From contig NC_058382.1 of assembly GCF_018350175.1 (NCBI RefSeq), forward strand, positions 56,546,001 to 56,610,000: DNA of 64,000 nt, read 5' to 3'. The position numbers were made by a program, and so were the translations under genes. Positions 62,761-64,000 of the stretch are shown here, one piece after another (the first letter of the stretch is position 1; each line of letters begins with the position of its first letter). The DNA is from Felis catus. Its lineage: Eukaryota. The notes beneath the pieces are model-generated. The model had not been told where the DNA came from. It was given only the letters and a program-made list of their open reading frames with translations, and made no database searches.

Positions 62761-64000
62761 AAGAAAGAGCTAAATGAGCTCATGCGTGCCGAATGCTGGG
62801 TCTCCTTTTCCCATGGTAAGTGTGCTTGCAACCATAAAGGTTTTTGAAAGTAAAATATACATCACCACCTAGTCACATTCATAGAACCACTTTGGAATGG
62901 GAGACACAGGTCACCCATTTGTATTTGTGGTTCCGCAAGGGAGGAGCCCCCTGGGAGTGAGGACAGGGGGTCACATTAGCTCATCACAGGCAGACATCAT
63001 GACTGGAATATACAGATGGCTCAAAATGTTTGTCATCGGTGGTTGTCATCCACTGGCAGGCATGAGTCCCCTTGAGATCTGATAAAGTCTGAACAATCCT
63101 TTCGGTCCCTTTAAGCCATCCACCCACAATTTCAGGACATCAGTGAACCCAGGGAGAGAACTGCAACTTTAGAAAATTCCAAGAACTGTAAACAGTGGAA
63201 ATTTTTAATAAAAAATTCTATAGTTTATATTACCTCTTTTTAAAAGAAAAGTTAACTGTGTTATATAACCAATAGACATGTTTGGAAGAAAAAGGAAAGG
63301 AAACAAACAAAAAAAATCACTTATAAGCCTGCCCTCATACAAAGCTACTGGTTTTCTGTGTCCGATATGTTGACATCTTATTTCACCGTGCACATACAAT
63401 TCTACATTTGGCTTTTGTTACTTAACACATTGTCCCATCAAGCAATTGTAATGGCATTTCACAATCAGTATTTAATCGCAAGTGGTTTAGGATGACATTA
63501 TTGTAATAGTCAAACCCAGAAGCACAGCAGTGCGGGGAGCATTGGTCTCTGTTTTGTCTAAAATTATTTTCGAATCCACTCAATTTTGTGATGTGCATTC
63601 TCTTCCATCTCTTGGTCCCCCGTAAAATGGCTTCAGATCTCACAATCAGAGATGTGCTAAAATGGCACAAGAAGAGTATTCAGTTTTAATGTGATCGCTG
63701 CCTCAGGCCGTAATAAAAACAGGAATTCCCCCCAATTATTATCATCCCTCTCTCCACACTTCATCCTGATAAGACTGAGCAACTTTCATTCCCCACCAGG
63801 CAGCTAATCATCCCTTTGCCAAACTCCCTTTGTAAGCGGAATGGAATCAATTTCGTCGTGCAGTACGGTAGTGGTCCCCAGCTAGAGGTGGGGGTGATCT
63901 CGTCTTGGGGAGAGTCATGGCAAGAGAATTAGCCCCTGAAGCTTAAGGGGAAGTGCTGTCCTCTCCACACGGCCCCTCAGCAGGGGCACCTCCCTGCTCA

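Overview
Mammalian genomic DNA, very likely from a cat-family (Felidae/Feliformia) species: it carries 16 feline-type tRNA-derived CanSINEs and a carnivore-type L1. I found no convincing protein-coding gene, RNA gene, CpG-island promoter or CRISPR array. Nearly all ORF-track entries look like chance frames or translations of repeats; the only recognisable coding remnants are broken ORF1/ORF2 pieces of a near-full-length L1 (about 55.4-61.8 kb, minus strand). The rest is intergenic or deep-intronic sequence dense in old repeats (MIR, L2, MaLR/ERVL/ERV1 solo LTRs, hAT and Tigger-type DNA transposons), several of them nested. I did not find a new biological system. The best leads are modest: a candidate 15-nt minus-strand microexon, a 36-nt cryptic exon in MER20, two head-to-head SINE pairs, a 245-nt pure pyrimidine tract, two neighbouring related ERV1-type LTRs, and the L1 with candidate target-site duplications (TSDs). 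Repeat family names come from recalled consensus sequences, not a database search, and boundaries of old elements are approximate.
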